Source of the DNA: an uncultured Planctomycetales bacterium | GTDB taxonomy: Bacteria > Omnitrophota > Gorgyraeia > Gygaellales > Profunditerraquicolaceae | Assembly: GCA_964603585.1 (NCBI GenBank) | Contig: CAZRVK010000001.1 | Coordinates: 5,327 to 69,326, forward strand | Reading direction: 5' to 3' | Length of the DNA: 64,000 nt | In this document: piece by piece, positions 10,789-20,626 of the stretch | How the letters are laid out: every line of letters begins with the position of its first letter | How positions within the stretch are numbered: the first letter of the stretch is position 1 | Program-made: the position numbers and the translations under genes | The notes under the pieces: generated by a model | Told to the model about the DNA's origin: nothing | Database searches by the model: none | Seen by the model: only the letters and a program-made list of their open reading frames with translations

Positions 10789-10995
10789 ATGGCGGATAAG
10801 CAAGAAATAGAACTGTTTATTTCCGAGGAAGGTGAATTAAAACTTCATATTAAAGGTATTCCGGGGCCGGCATGTTTAAAAACATTAGACGATATAGTAC
10901 ATGCCGTAGGCATAGAAAAAGAGCGTAAATTGACCGATGAGTATTATCAAACCAAAATCAAACAAACGAATTTAAACCGGCAAAAAAACAAATAA
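10789..10995 (+). CDS. DUF2997 family small protein
   Basis: IELFISEEGELKLHIKGIPGPACL...TDEYY pattern typical of DUF2997. RBS AAGGAG at 10777-10782. Confidence 0.55.
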   Translation: MADKQEIELFISEEGELKLHIKGIPGPACLKTLDDIVHAVGIEKERKLTDEYYQTKIKQTNLNRQKNK

Positions 10996-10996
10996 A

Positions 10997-13777
10997 ATGA
11001 CCGAACTTACCACAAAATACAATCCTAAGGAAACAGAAGATAAATGGTATAAATTCTGGGAGGAGAACGGTTTATTTTGCGCAAAGGCTGATCCGGAGAA
11101 AAAACCTTTTTGCATCGTGATCCCTCCCCCAAATGTAACCGGTATTTTACATATGGGCCATGCCTTGAATAATACCATTCAAGATATCTTGATCCGCTAT
11201 CACCGAATGAAAAATGACTCTGCACTCTGGATGCCGGGCACTGACCATGCCGGTATTGCAACCCAAAACGTCGTAGAAAAAAAGATCGCTAAGGAAAACC
11301 TAAAACGTCAGGACCTGGGCAGGGATAAATTCATCGAGCAAGTATGGCTCTGGAAAGAGGAATACGGCTCAACCATTATCCGCCAGTTAAAGAAGTTAGG
11401 GGCTTCCTGTGATTGGAACCGGCTGCGTTTTACTATGGATGAGGAGTATTCCAAAGCGGTAGTCGAGGCCTTTGTCCGGCTTTATCAAAAAGGGTTGATT
11501 TATCAGGGGGATTATATCATTAACTGGTGCCCCAGATGCCAGACCGCGCTTTCCGATGAAGAAGCTCCTCATCATGACATTGCCGGAAACCTTTATTATT
11601 TAAGATACCCGGTAAGAATGAATGAGCAAGACAACGCCAGCACTCCAAAAACCGGTAATTCCAGGAAAAAAGCCAAGATCCCGGAATATATCGTAGTGGC
11701 AACTACCCGACCTGAAACCATGTTAGGGGATACCGCCGTTGCCGTAAATCCCAAAGACAAGCGTTACAGCCACCTGGTAGGCCATAACGTGATCGTTCCA
11801 TTAATAAACCGCCAGGTTAAAATCATCGCCGACCATATGGTCGATATGAAATTCGGCACCGGGGCGGTAAAAATAACCCCGGCCCATGACCCAAATGATT
11901 ACTTAAGCGGGAGGCGCCATGGACTGGAGTTCATCAATGTAATGTATCCTGACGGCAAAATGAACCAAAATGCCGCAGATTATAAGGATATGGACAGATT
12001 CGAAGCCCGGGAAGTGATCATACAGGACTTAAAGGAAAAGGGTCTTCTGGAAAAGATCACGCCTCATTCTTTATCCGCAGGACATTGTTACCGCTGCCAC
12101 ACGATCATCGAGCCGTATCTATCCAAGCAATGGTTTGTCAAGACCAAACCACTTGCCGCGCCGGCAATAGAAGCAGTCAAGAAAGGCAAGATCAAATTCC
12201 ACCCTAAACGCTGGACCAAAGTCTATTTGAACTGGATGGAGAACATACAGGACTGGTGTATCTCCCGCCAAATCTGGTGGGGACACCGTTTACCGGTTTA
12301 TTATTGCCAAAATTGCGTGAAATCGGTAAGCGAGTTAACAGTTCACAGTTCACAGTTAACAGAAAGTACCAAGAAGGGAATAATTGTTTCCCGGATAAAA
12401 CCGGAAAAATGCCCGGACTGCGGATCAACACGGATTATTCAGGATGAAGATGTCTTAGACACCTGGTTTTCCAGCTGGCTGTGGCCATTTGCTACTTTTT
12501 ACTGGCCGGACCATGATTTAAAGGATATTCATAAACAGGAGCTAAAATACTTTTATCCGACATCGGTATTGAGCACCGCTCCAGACATAATTTTCTTTTG
12601 GGTAGCACGCATGATCATGTCCGGAATAGAATTCATGAACGATATCCCTTTTAAAGATATATACATTCATGGCACCGTCCGTGACTCTGATGGAAGAAAA
12701 ATGTCGAAATCACTGGGTAACAGCATTGACCCTTTAGAGATAATCAACGAATACGGCACGGATGCCTTGCGCTTCAGTCTCATCTCTATTACCGCACAAG
12801 GACAGGATATCTTTCTATCTAAGGAAAGGTTCGAGTCTGGCAGGAATTTCGCCAATAAGATCTGGAATGCCTCAAGATTCATAATGATGAACCTTGAAGG
12901 CCAAAACCAGCAAAAAGACCTGTGTGCTTTCTTTAAAACTGAACAGTTAAGTCTGACTAACCGCTGGATCTTAAGCCGCTTTTATTCAGTCCTTAAAGAA
13001 ATCAATGCCAACCTTGATAATTTCAAGTTCAATGAATCCGCTAATATCTTATATGCCTTTTTCTGGCATGAGTTCTGCGATTGGTACCTGGAGGCGGTAA
13101 AGCCACAAATTAAGGACCCTGCGAACCAAATAGTAATCTTCAAGATCCTGGAAAAATCCTTAAGGATAATGCATCCTTTTATGCCCTTCATCACGGAAGA
13201 GATCTTCCAAACACTCGAAAGCCGGGCCGATGAAAACAAACGCCCGACAAGCATTATGGTAAGGTCCTGGCCGCACCTGCAGGAAGAGATGATCGATAAG
13301 AAATCCGAAAAACAAATGCAAAGCATCTTCAGCCTGATCGCAACAATAAGGAACATGCGCTCGAATATGGAGATAAAACCGGAACAGAAAGTAAAAATAG
13401 ATATCTTTGCGCATAATGCGGCCAAAGCAAAGCTGATCCTTGCAAATTCCGCATTGATCATAAATCTGGCGAAATTGGAAAACCTGGAAATCCTTGCCAA
13501 AAACAACCGGGCGGCGGCTACGCTTAGCGCCGTTTCCGATGATGCTGATATTTACATGCATCTAAGCGGGATACTGGATATCCCGAATGAGGTGAAAAAA
13601 ACCAAAGACAAGATCTCTAACCTGAAAGTTTCCATTAAATCAAAAGACGGCCGACTCAAAAATAAGGAATTCACCACCAAGGCCCCCCAAGAGATCGTGG
13701 AAAAGGAAATTGAAAGCAAGGCAAAATTGGAAGATGAACTGAAACGACTGGAGAAAATGCTCAATGACCTATCCTGA
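10997..13777 (+). CDS. valS: valine--tRNA ligase
   Basis: HMGH (ILHMGHALNN) and KMSKS motifs, an editing domain, and a C-terminal coiled coil. 926 aa. Confidence 0.95.
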   Translation: MTELTTKYNPKETEDKWYKFWEENGLFCAKADPEKKPFCIVIPPPNVTGILHMGHALNNTIQDILIRYHRMKNDSALWMPGTDHAGIATQNVVEKKIAKENLKRQDLGRDKFIEQVWLWKEEYGSTIIRQLKKLGASCDWNRLRFTMDEEYSKAVVEAFVRLYQKGLIYQGDYIINWCPRCQTALSDEEAPHHDIAGNLYYLRYPVRMNEQDNASTPKTGNSRKKAKIPEYIVVATTRPETMLGDTAVAVNPKDKRYSHLVGHNVIVPLINRQVKIIADHMVDMKFGTGAVKITPAHDPNDYLSGRRHGLEFINVMYPDGKMNQNAADYKDMDRFEAREVIIQDLKEKGLLEKITPHSLSAGHCYRCHTIIEPYLSKQWFVKTKPLAAPAIEAVKKGKIKFHPKRWTKVYLNWMENIQDWCISRQIWWGHRLPVYYCQNCVKSVSELTVHSSQLTESTKKGIIVSRIKPEKCPDCGSTRIIQDEDVLDTWFSSWLWPFATFYWPDHDLKDIHKQELKYFYPTSVLSTAPDIIFFWVARMIMSGIEFMNDIPFKDIYIHGTVRDSDGRKMSKSLGNSIDPLEIINEYGTDALRFSLISITAQGQDIFLSKERFESGRNFANKIWNASRFIMMNLEGQNQQKDLCAFFKTEQLSLTNRWILSRFYSVLKEINANLDNFKFNESANILYAFFWHEFCDWYLEAVKPQIKDPANQIVIFKILEKSLRIMHPFMPFITEEIFQTLESRADENKRPTSIMVRSWPHLQEEMIDKKSEKQMQSIFSLIATIRNMRSNMEIKPEQKVKIDIFAHNAAKAKLILANSALIINLAKLENLEILAKNNRAAATLSAVSDDADIYMHLSGILDIPNEVKKTKDKISNLKVSIKSKDGRLKNKEFTTKAPQEIVEKEIESKAKLEDELKRLEKMLNDLS

Positions 13778-14600
13778 TACCTCTGGAATAAAAAAACTCC
13801 TGATACAGGCATTAAAAGAAGATATCGCAGGCGGGGATATTACCAGTATTAATCTAATCCCAAAGGGGAAAAATATAAAAGCGGTGATTTTAGCTAAACA
13901 GGAATGCATGATCTCTGGCCTTAAGGTCGCCGCGATGGTATTTAAGCTGGTCAACCGGACAATAAAGTTCGATCCCCGTATCCGGGATGGCGACATAGTT
14001 AAAAAAGGGGCACTTATTGCTGATATTTCCGGAAATGCCAGAGGTATATTAGCCGGGGAGCGGGTGGCATTGAATTTCTTGAGCCTCTTAAGCGGGATTT
14101 CCACAAAGACTCTGGCTTATGTAAACGCGGTCAAACCTTTTAAGACCAGGATCCTTGATACCCGTAAAACAATTCCCGGACTAAGGCGTTTAGAAAAATA
14201 TGCGGTCATGACGGCCGGCGGATATAATCACCGGATGAGTTTAGATGAAATGATCATGGTAAAAGACAACCATCTTAAGCTCATCCCAGGGCTGGATAGA
14301 TTGGCTGGATTACCCGCTAAATACAAGGTTGAGATAGAAGTAGAGAATTTAGCGCACTTCCTATTGGCCTTAAAATCGCACCCGGATATAATCATGCTTG
14401 ATAATATGCCTGTTAAGGATATAAGAAAGGCCGTGGAGATAAGAAATCGTTTGCTCCACAGACGTCCTCAACTGGAAGCCTCCGGGGGGATAACCCTGAA
14501 AAATGTAAGAAAAATAGCATCCACTGGCGTTGATGCTATCTCTATCGGAGAACTTACCCATTCAGTCGATTCGGTTGATTTAAGCCTGGAAGTAATTTAA
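13764..14600 (+). CDS. nadC: nicotinate-nucleotide diphosphorylase (carboxylating)
   Basis: QPRTase fold (GERVALNFLSLLSGI, DNHLK...MLDNM). 278 aa; overlaps the valS stop. Confidence 0.85.
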   Translation: MTYPDTSGIKKLLIQALKEDIAGGDITSINLIPKGKNIKAVILAKQECMISGLKVAAMVFKLVNRTIKFDPRIRDGDIVKKGALIADISGNARGILAGERVALNFLSLLSGISTKTLAYVNAVKPFKTRILDTRKTIPGLRRLEKYAVMTAGGYNHRMSLDEMIMVKDNHLKLIPGLDRLAGLPAKYKVEIEVENLAHFLLALKSHPDIIMLDNMPVKDIRKAVEIRNRLLHRRPQLEASGGITLKNVRKIASTGVDAISIGELTHSVDSVDLSLEVI

Positions 14601-14604
14601 GTAA

Positions 14605-16575
14605 ATGGAAAAGTTCAAATTGGTTTCGAGTTATACCCCCTGCGGGGACCAGCCGCAAGCAATCAAACAATTAACCGAATCCATCTTATCCGGCAAGCGT
14701 TATCTCACATTACTGGGAGTTACCGGAAGCGGCAAAACCTTCACCCTGGCAAATGTAATCTCCAAGGTCAATCTTCCTACATTGGTCATCTCGCATAATA
14801 AAACACTGGCCGCGCAGTTATACGCCGAATTCAAGGAGTTTTTTCCGCATAATGCAGTCGAGTATTTCGTGAGCTACTACGATTATTACCAGCCCGAGGC
14901 CTATATACCTTCCACGGATACATATATCGAGAAGGATTCTTCCATAAATGACCGCCTGGACAGATTACGCCTAAGCAGCACAACATCATTAATGAGCCGC
15001 AGGGACGTGATCGTTGTTGCCTCGGTATCCTGCATCTATAACCTCGGTTCACCCCAGGATTATCAGAATATGCTGGTTATGTTGAAAAAGAATGATACAA
15101 TCACCCGTGATGAATTGATCTGGCGTTTCATCCAGATCCAATACGAGCGTAACGATTATGAATTCATCCGGGGTAAGATCCGCGTAAGAGGGGACTGCGT
15201 AGAGATTTTCCCCTCATACCAGGAAAAGGCATTGCGCATAGAATTATCCGCAGATATAATTGAGAGGATCTCGGAAATAAACCCAGTCACCGGGGAAGTC
15301 TTAAGCTGCCTGGAACAAACTGCTGTTTATCCTGCCAAGCATTTTATCGCCTCTGAAGAAAAGGTCTCCATCTCGATACAATTAATCCTGTCGGAATTGG
15401 AAACCCAGCTTAAGCTCCTTCGCAAGCAAAACAAGCTCCTGGAAGCCCAAAGGCTGGAATCCCGGACTAAATACGATATGGAGATGCTCAAGGAATCCGG
15501 ATATTGCCACGGAATCGAGAATTACTCCCGGCATTTATCACAACGACCGGCCGGATCACGCCCATATTCACTGCTCGATTATTTCCCCGGCAGTTTCCTG
15601 ACGATTATCGATGAATCCCATGCAAGCATCCCTCAAATAAGAGGAATGTACGAAGGCGACCGTGCCAGAAAAAAAACTCTGGTCGAATACGGATTCCGGC
15701 TTCCTTCATGCCTGGATAACCGCCCGCTCAAATTCGATGAATTCAATGAACTCACTAAACAGGTGGTTTTTGTCTCTGCTACCCCTGATGATTACGAGCT
15801 CAAGAAAAGCCAGGGGGCAAAGATAGAACAAATAATCCGCCCCACAGGACTGGTTGATCCGGAAGTAATTATTAAAAAAAGCGCCGGACAAATCGAAGAC
15901 CTTGTAAAAGAAATAAAGGAACGTGCTAAAAAGAACGAGCGCGTGCTCGTAACAACCCTGACGAAAAGGATGTCAGAAGAGCTAACAAATTATTTACAAG
16001 AACAGGGATTAAAGGTAAAATACCTGCATTCGGAGATAAAAACCATAGAGCGCACATTAATCATCAAAGAGCTGCGCCAGAAGAAATTTGATTGCCTGGT
16101 AGGAATAAATTTATTGCGTGAAGGCCTTGACCTACCCGAGGTATCGCTGGTTGCTATCTTAGACGCGGATAAGGAAGGGTTTTTACGTTCCGCGACCAGC
16201 CTGATCCAGACATCAGGCAGGGCAGCACGTAATATAAACGGAACAGTGATCATGTATGCCGATAATATCACCGGCTCGATGAAAAAAGCGATCTCCGAAA
16301 GCCTCCGCAGGCGAAAAAGACAGCTAAACTTCAACAAAGCGAATAAAATCACACCCCGTTCCATTGAAAAGGCGATCAAGGAGGGAATAGCTGAACTTAC
16401 CGAGGCCGAAGAATTCCTGCAAACACTGACCGGGCAGAACAAGGAAAAGTATGCCTTGAATCAATTTATATCCGAACTGGAGTATGAAATGGAGCTTGCC
16501 GGACGTAATTTACAATTTGAAAAAGCAGCTCTGATCCGGGATAAGATCAAAGAACTGGGTGGTTTTAAACATTAA
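14605..16575 (+). CDS. uvrB: excinuclease ABC subunit B
   Basis: GVTGSGKTFTLANVI Walker A, helicase motifs, and a C-terminal UVR domain (ELAGRNLQFEKAALIRDKI). Confidence 0.95.
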   Translation: MEKFKLVSSYTPCGDQPQAIKQLTESILSGKRYLTLLGVTGSGKTFTLANVISKVNLPTLVISHNKTLAAQLYAEFKEFFPHNAVEYFVSYYDYYQPEAYIPSTDTYIEKDSSINDRLDRLRLSSTTSLMSRRDVIVVASVSCIYNLGSPQDYQNMLVMLKKNDTITRDELIWRFIQIQYERNDYEFIRGKIRVRGDCVEIFPSYQEKALRIELSADIIERISEINPVTGEVLSCLEQTAVYPAKHFIASEEKVSISIQLILSELETQLKLLRKQNKLLEAQRLESRTKYDMEMLKESGYCHGIENYSRHLSQRPAGSRPYSLLDYFPGSFLTIIDESHASIPQIRGMYEGDRARKKTLVEYGFRLPSCLDNRPLKFDEFNELTKQVVFVSATPDDYELKKSQGAKIEQIIRPTGLVDPEVIIKKSAGQIEDLVKEIKERAKKNERVLVTTLTKRMSEELTNYLQEQGLKVKYLHSEIKTIERTLIIKELRQKKFDCLVGINLLREGLDLPEVSLVAILDADKEGFLRSATSLIQTSGRAARNINGTVIMYADNITGSMKKAISESLRRRKRQLNFNKANKITPRSIEKAIKEGIAELTEAEEFLQTLTGQNKEKYALNQFISELEYEMELAGRNLQFEKAALIRDKIKELGGFKH

Positions 16576-16587
16576 CCGGGAATTCAA

Positions 16588-17352
16588 GTGTCAGTTAACC
16601 TTAAAAACCATATGCGCTTAACCGTTGATATCGGCAACACCAACATTACTACCGCGGTTTTCAAGAACAGACGAATAATAAAAAAATTTGATATTGCCAC
16701 ACGCTCTTATTCACTGGAGAATTTCAAGCGTCATCTTGGGGCCGCCAAGTTCGATGACGCAATAATAGCAGGCGTTGTACCTTCGGTTTTAAGAACTCTG
16801 TCCCGGGATTTAAAACACCTTACCAAAAAGAGCCCCTGGATCGCAGGAAAGAATATCTTTGTCCCGATCAAGAATTGCTATCATAATCCCCAGCAGGCAG
16901 GAATTGACCGCTTATTGAACGCCTATGCCGCGGTAAAGCTTTATGGCGCCCCATCAATTATCATTGATTGCGGCACCGCAATCACCTTTGATATCGTAGC
17001 AAAAGATAAAAGATACCTGGGGGGGATGATAATCCCTGGAATGCAGGCCTCTTTGACTGCCCTGGCTCAAAATACCGCATTATTACCACAGCTTAAATTA
17101 TCCGGACCCAGGCAATTCATCGGCCGAGATACAAAAACCAGCATTTTAAGCGGGATCGTTTACGGTTTCGCCTGCCTTACCGAAGGTTTTATCGGTAAAA
17201 TAAAGAGAAGGACCGGAGAAAATACTTTAGTTATCGGAACTGGAGGCAATATTAAATTAACCGCTAAATATTGCCCAGCGTTTGATATAATCGAACCGGA
17301 ATTAACCTTAAAAGGATTGAATTTACTTTTGCAGGATCAAAAACGTGCCTAA
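16588..17352 (+). CDS. coaX: type III pantothenate kinase
   Basis: LTVDIGNTNITTAVF and the ASKHA fold (IIDCGTAITFD). GTG start. Confidence 0.85.
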   Translation: MSVNLKNHMRLTVDIGNTNITTAVFKNRRIIKKFDIATRSYSLENFKRHLGAAKFDDAIIAGVVPSVLRTLSRDLKHLTKKSPWIAGKNIFVPIKNCYHNPQQAGIDRLLNAYAAVKLYGAPSIIIDCGTAITFDIVAKDKRYLGGMIIPGMQASLTALAQNTALLPQLKLSGPRQFIGRDTKTSILSGIVYGFACLTEGFIGKIKRRTGENTLVIGTGGNIKLTAKYCPAFDIIEPELTLKGLNLLLQDQKRA

Positions 17353-18217
17353 AACAACTACTGTAATTCCTGCTTTGCTTTTGTTCATCATTCTGCCGTT
17401 TACGCCGCTTTTGGGCGGAGTAAATGACGAATTCAGAGAAAAGGCGTTTGATTTAAAGTGGATAGCCTATGCCCCAACTAATTTTAATCCGGAGCAAGAT
17501 ATTTACCCTTCGGAAAAATCGATCAGGGATGACTTGAAAATACTTTATGATTTCGGATTCAGGGGAATAGTCACTTACAGCGCGTATAAAAACCTGGCGT
17601 TAATCCCGCAAATTGCATATGAAACAGGGTTCAGAGGGATAATCATGGGGGTTTGGGATATACAGAATAAGGATGAGATCATGAACGCTGTACTTTCCCG
17701 GGAATATGTCGATGGATATTGCCTTGGCAATGAAGGACTGAATTCCCGTTATGAACTGGATGATTTAAAGGATGTTATTTCCTCCTTGAAAAGCTCAACT
17801 GGAAAACCATGCACTACAACCGAACAGGTATCGGATTATTCCAATCCTTCAGTCAACTCTATTGGGGACTGGATATTCCCTAACATCCATCCATTCCTCT
17901 GTGAGGTAAAAGACCCGCAAAAAGCCGCTTTGTGGATCCAAAAGTATTACCGGATACTTAAAAAACACTGCCCGGATGATAAAATCGTATTCTTCAAGGA
18001 AGTCGGCTACCCTACACGGGGAATGCATAAAGCAACGGAATCGAACCAGAAGAAATTCTTTATTAATATGAAAAAATCACAATTGCCTTTTGTTTATTTC
18101 GAAGCCTTCGACCAGCCATGGAAGAACAGCATTAGCGTAGAGCCTTATTGGGGGCTGTTTAATTCCCGGAGAAAACCTAAGAAATTTATTTCTGAATTCA
18201 AGGATATTGCCGATTAA
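17345..18217 (+). CDS. secreted GH17-like glycoside hydrolase (beta-1,3-glucanase/transglycosylase family)
   Basis: Signal peptide, a LGNE-type motif (YCLGNEGL), and a second catalytic-region motif KEVGYPTRG resembling GH17 E..GWPS.G. Confidence 0.5.
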   Translation: MPKTTTVIPALLLFIILPFTPLLGGVNDEFREKAFDLKWIAYAPTNFNPEQDIYPSEKSIRDDLKILYDFGFRGIVTYSAYKNLALIPQIAYETGFRGIIMGVWDIQNKDEIMNAVLSREYVDGYCLGNEGLNSRYELDDLKDVISSLKSSTGKPCTTTEQVSDYSNPSVNSIGDWIFPNIHPFLCEVKDPQKAALWIQKYYRILKKHCPDDKIVFFKEVGYPTRGMHKATESNQKKFFINMKKSQLPFVYFEAFDQPWKNSISVEPYWGLFNSRRKPKKFISEFKDIAD

Positions 18218-18222
18218 AACAC

Positions 18223-18669
18223 ATGGAAGACCCCATTAAGAAGACTTTACTTAAGCAGATAATGAAATATCCGGCAATCACATTGGATATAGACAGCCAT
18301 TTCAGCAAAGTAGAAGAATTTTTCCGCCTCTACCATATCCGACACCTTCCTATTGTGGATAAGAATAATTGCTTGCTTGGGATCATCACGCAGAGGGATC
18401 TTTACCGCCTTTACAGCCCGCATAAAACCATGGAAGGAGATATGGTTTTCGACAAAAACGAAATGGACCGTTTGATCCTTAAATATGTGATGACCCCAAA
18501 TCCCCTTGCACTCAAAATCGAAGATACGGTTGCCCGGGCAATACAGGTAATGGCCACGCATAAATATGGTTGTATCCCGATAGTGGATAACGCCAATAAA
18601 GTACTGGGTGTAGTAACCCAGATAGACATACTGCGTTTTTTTTACAATCAATATATAGCAACTGATTAA
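18223..18669 (+). CDS. CBS-pair domain protein
   Basis: Two CBS motifs (HIRHLPIVDKNNCLLGIITQRDL and GCIPIVDNANKVLGVVTQIDIL). Confidence 0.7.
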   Translation: MEDPIKKTLLKQIMKYPAITLDIDSHFSKVEEFFRLYHIRHLPIVDKNNCLLGIITQRDLYRLYSPHKTMEGDMVFDKNEMDRLILKYVMTPNPLALKIEDTVARAIQVMATHKYGCIPIVDNANKVLGVVTQIDILRFFYNQYIATD

Positions 18670-18698
18670 ATTCTTCTGACTCTAATGGATAACCGGGC

Positions 18699-18727
18699 AG
18701 GGGGTGAGCGCAACCATCCCCTACAAT
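18699..18727. promoter_or_regulatory. half-palindrome/-10-like motif GGGGGTGAGCGCAACCATCCCCTACAAT, shared with the element at 49782-49811
   Basis: Shares ACCATCCCCTACAAT with the perfect 28-bp palindrome at 49782-49809. It lies just upstream of a secreted-protease gene. Confidence 0.35.
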
Positions 18728-18743
18728 AACATCAATTCTCTAA

Positions 18744-19484
18744 ATGAAAATTTCTGCAGTAATCCTAAATACCTTGTTTTTAGGCTTTTTTATCCCGGTC
18801 TTGCCTGCCCAGGCCGCAGAATCAATTATCGAAACCATCCAAACCATTCGCCCAGCATTAGTAATTATTAAAGCCGAAAATGCCGAGGTCTATAAAGGCC
18901 CGGATACCTATATTAAGGATGGCGCAAGCTTAATGGTAGTCAACCCGGTAAGAGTCGCACAATACTCGCGCCATGGTGGAGGAGTAATCCTTGACCCCAG
19001 CGGGATTATCGTAACCAATTCTCATACAATAAAACAAGCCGGAAGGATAAAAGTATTCCTTCATGATAATACCGAATATACCGCAACGGTAATATCTATC
19101 TCTGAAAATGATGACCTGGCATATTTAAAGATCACCCCAAAAACCGGGCTTATCTCCATGGAACTGGCGCCTGCGGATTCAGCCCGGATTGGCGATTCAA
19201 TTTATACGGTAGGCAGTTCTGAAACCCTAAAAGGAGTAATTAGTGGAGGAAGACTGATCGCTTTCGGCACAAAAAACGATGGCCCGGGAAATAAAACCAT
19301 CCGGGCATTATTAAGGGTAACCTTTGACATATATCAAGGTGACAGCGGAGGCCCGGTAATCGATAGTAAAGGCAAACTGATCGGCTTGATTTCGGCAGGA
19401 ACAACTTCCGGCAACCCCACAAGCCTGGCAATTGCGGCGGAAAAAATACGCCAGCTATACATAAATCTTCCTAAATCACCCTAA
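18744..19484 (+). CDS. secreted trypsin-like serine protease (S1 family)
   Basis: Signal peptide, a His region (IVTNSHTI), and the Ser active site GDSGGPVID. Confidence 0.75.
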   Translation: MKISAVILNTLFLGFFIPVLPAQAAESIIETIQTIRPALVIIKAENAEVYKGPDTYIKDGASLMVVNPVRVAQYSRHGGGVILDPSGIIVTNSHTIKQAGRIKVFLHDNTEYTATVISISENDDLAYLKITPKTGLISMELAPADSARIGDSIYTVGSSETLKGVISGGRLIAFGTKNDGPGNKTIRALLRVTFDIYQGDSGGPVIDSKGKLIGLISAGTTSGNPTSLAIAAEKIRQLYINLPKSP

Positions 19485-19554
19485 ACCCGTATCTCAACCG
19501 CTATCTGCGATGTTTAAACAGCCAAAATCGGGCAAAATTAGCCAATATTTCCCT

Positions 19555-19581
19555 TGACGCAACTGCTTTTAGAGGTATAAT
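19555..19581 (+). promoter_or_regulatory. sigma-70-like promoter (TTGACG ... TATAAT)
   Basis: TTGACG at 19555-19560 and TATAAT at 19576-19581. The spacer is short (15 nt), so confidence is low. Confidence 0.35.
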
Positions 19582-19626
19582 TTCCCAAATAGGAGTTTTT
19601 TTTATTAACCAGGATTTAAGTAATTT

Positions 19627-20178
19627 TTGGAGCAAGAAATGGAAAAGGCAGCAAAAGGAGTGGTAATTTTAGCAATATTGGCAGTGGCAATAATCTTAGG
19701 CGTGGTTTTAGGCAAGGAATATTGGAGCACTAAACAAAAATTCTCCCAATTAGAAGCCATGCTCGAACAAGAGAAAAGAGAAAATGCCGAACTTAAAACC
19801 ATGTTTGATCAGGTGAGCAAGAACCTCGAAGAAAACCGCTCCCAATTGAACATGTTAACCGATAAACTCGGAACAATGGAAAGGCACAATTCGGAACTGA
19901 AGAAATCAAAAGAGAACCTTGAACAGATCGTAGCCTCTCTGGAAAAGGAGAAAATGGCAATTGAAGCCAAATTGCATTCCTTAGATGAACTGCGAAAATC
20001 CATTAAGGCAGTAAAATTAGAATTACGCGAAAAAAGAGTTCAGGAATACCAGGAAAAAAAGAAATTACAGGCAAAACTCGACGCCCAAGCGCTGGAAAAT
20101 GGCAACCGCGGGTTTTTAGTTAAAGAGGGAGTATCTTTCTTCAAATCAAAAGTAAAGATCGAAGTAAACCCCTGGTAA
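19627..20178 (+). CDS. membrane-anchored coiled-coil protein
   Basis: N-terminal TM helix (VVILAILAVAIILGVVL) followed by about 150 aa of heptad-rich Glu/Lys sequence. Confidence 0.4.
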   Translation: MEQEMEKAAKGVVILAILAVAIILGVVLGKEYWSTKQKFSQLEAMLEQEKRENAELKTMFDQVSKNLEENRSQLNMLTDKLGTMERHNSELKKSKENLEQIVASLEKEKMAIEAKLHSLDELRKSIKAVKLELREKRVQEYQEKKKLQAKLDAQALENGNRGFLVKEGVSFFKSKVKIEVNPW

Positions 20179-20232
20179 GAAACAATCCCAAACTTGTAGT
20201 TTCCCTCGTAAGAAAAAAGTGAAAAAAAATTC

Positions 20233-20286
20233 TTGACAAAAAAAGTTTTTTGTTTATAATTAGCACTCTGGAAAGCAGAGTGCTAA
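20233..20286 (+). promoter_or_regulatory. groESL promoter (TTGACA-16-TATAAT) overlapping a perfect CIRCE/HrcA operator TTAGCACTC-N9-GAGTGCTAA
   Basis: TTGACA 20233-20238, TATAAT 20255-20260, and the CIRCE inverted repeat 20260-20286, which matches the consensus exactly. Confidence 0.9.
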
Positions 20287-20317
20287 TCTTTTAAAAACCA
20301 AAAGGGAGGTGTAGCAA

Positions 20318-20605
20318 ATGGAGATCAAACCATTAGGAGACAGGGTCGTAATCCAGCCTTTAGCGGCAGAGAACAAAACCAAGGGCGGAATCCTACTGCC
20401 TGACACAGCGAAAGAAAAACCCCAAGAGGGAAAAGTTGTTGCAGTCGGTAAGGGTAAAATGCTCGACAGCGGAAGCGTCCAGCCCATGGAGGTAAAAGTT
20501 GGAGACAAGGTTTTATACGGCAAGTATTCCGGCAATGAGATCACTAAAGACGGTGAAGAACTCTTGATCATGCGCGAAGAAGATATTTTAGCAATCATCA
20601 AATAA
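20318..20605 (+). CDS. groES: co-chaperonin GroES
   Basis: 95 aa. The mobile loop and the [10 protein letters not shown] signature. Confidence 0.95.
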   Translation: MEIKPLGDRVVIQPLAAENKTKGGILLPDTAKEKPQEGKVVAVGKGKMLDSGSVQPMEVKVGDKVLYGKYSGNEITKDGEELLIMREEDILAIIK

Positions 20606-20626
20606 TAAAACAGGAGGAAATACGTT

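Noticed and set aside
12336-12366. GTTAACAGTTCACAGTTCACAGTTAACAG near-palindromic tandem repeat
   Set aside because: It lies inside the valS coding sequence (encoding SELTVHSSQLT in the zinc-knuckle insertion). No evidence of function beyond coding, probably local duplication.
12982-13812. Several 86-174 aa minus-strand ORFs inside valS and the valS/nadC junction
   Set aside because: They are antisense to a well-supported 926-aa valS reading frame with no independent signals.
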